A stretch of 64,000 nt of DNA from Mobula birostris (taxonomy: Eukaryota), in assembly GCF_030028105.1 (NCBI RefSeq), contig NC_092374.1, positions 186,094,638 through 186,158,637 on the forward strand, written 5' to 3'. The translations under genes were made by a program, and so were the position numbers. The notes under the pieces are model-generated. The model ran no database searches. It was not told where the DNA came from and saw only the letters and a program-made list of their open reading frames with translations. Position 1 is the stretch's first letter, and the number at the start of each line of letters is the position of its first letter. Below are positions 62,640 to 64,000 of this stretch, piece after piece.

Positions 62640-64000
62640 GCCTAAGTCAAGTCAATATAATTCCTTCCCTTGTCTTGCCCCCCTCTCCCATCAACCCAAT
62701 AGTTTTGTGTATTCTGTAAAGGTCTCTCCCCTTATGCCCATTATCCCACAAGTTTTGCCATAATCCCCTAATTCTTAGCCCCACCAACCCCTTAGCTTCG
62801 AATTTGCTAAGTGGAAGGTCTCTATCCGCAGATGAACTTTTAACAGCTTTTTTGGCCAAACAACAACCCCGTTCATTCTGCTCGACATCTCTATCTATGT
62901 GCAGGGACCCACAAGCAGCAGGCATCAACACCAATACCTTGCATATGAAACAAAGTGTGAAGAGCTTCCAGCAGTAAGTCTGACCTACTGCTAGAAGGAC
63001 CTGTTTTAAGACTAGTCAAAACTGAAAAAGAATCTGAACTAATTATAACTCACAAGGGCAGATTTCCCCCACCCACTGTAAGCCCATAATGACGACAACC
63101 AGCTCTACAGTATATACTGATAAATGGCCAGTAAAACATTTCTTTATTGTTACCTGTAATGCAGGCACAAAAACAGCCACACCAACATTCCCTGTTAAAT
63201 CAGTAAAAATGGTTAACATAAACAATAAATTTCCTTAACACTCAGGTATATCAAGACCTTTGGACTTCATTAAATAATGCAACATAAAATAAACTAAAGC
63301 CATTGGAAAAAAAACACAGCGGGGTTACCGGAAAAAAAAACTGCACTGGGACATATTGTGTAATCCAACAATCCCATTTTCCTAGTGTGATGAAAAACAT
63401 GCTTCTTGTGGTGTTCTCAACAGTCCTCAAACATTTTTAACAGGGTGATCATTCCTTTGCCCCCTCAAATTAATCCAGTATGTTAACAACAGCTTCAACC
63501 TCCTCAGCTGTAAGGATAATTGTCCCATTTCAACCAGTAAAGCTGCCTTTCCACACCACAACACAGTCTTAAAACCCATGCTTGTATCACATCCAAACAT
63601 TTTAAATTTGAAGATGAAGCTGATCCATAAGCCACACAGCCATAATCAAGTACAGATCTAATTAAACAAATATAAATGGTCAGAGATTTTCGTGCAGCAG
63701 CCCAAGAATACCCACAGACACCCAAGGATATTTAACGCCCCTTTACATTTGTCAATTATCTTACTGATACGGTGCTTCTTTGTTAGCTATATCCACCCAC
63801 ATGCTGAGAAATCAGCACTGACACTTCAAGAGTTTACCATATAATTTCAAGTTAAGTGCAGGTCTATTGATCCTCTTTGTAAAACACACAACTTGTGTTT
63901 TAGCTACTGAAAGCTTAAAGCCCCATCTATTTGCCCACTGTTCGACCTTATTAATCACTAATTTCATCCTATATACAGCTAAATTGAAATTACCACCTCT
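62640..64000 (-). mobile_element. Decayed I-clade (Nimb-like) LINE: RT C-terminus and RNase H, running off the window end
   Basis: LIRSVLDYGCVAYGSAS..LDVIQA..LRLCCG and LTIFTD..GVAV..LSVYTVELV. Confidence 0.75.

Overview
This is vertebrate genomic DNA, inferred to be cartilaginous fish (ray or shark) from its CR1, V-SINE, Rex1 and Penelope repeat content. Most of the window is transposon debris: CR1, Rex1/Babar, Nimb/I-clade, HERO, Penelope-like elements with hammerhead motifs, Gypsy, an ERV-L-like relic, hAT and Harbinger. One + strand gene is threaded through the repeats and is not visible as a single ORF in the six-frame track. I assembled it by hand from 9 exons (12548-46996); all introns are GT-AG and phase 1, giving an uninterrupted 422-aa frame. 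The protein has a signal peptide, a cysteine-less CD2/CEACAM/HEPACAM-type IgV domain, an IgC2 domain, five hydrophobic segments each on its own exon, and an acidic tail. A CD2-like ectodomain on a CD47-like five-pass membrane module is the main finding. Repeat boundaries were set by eye and are approximate unless a TSD or TIR is quoted. No database search was possible.
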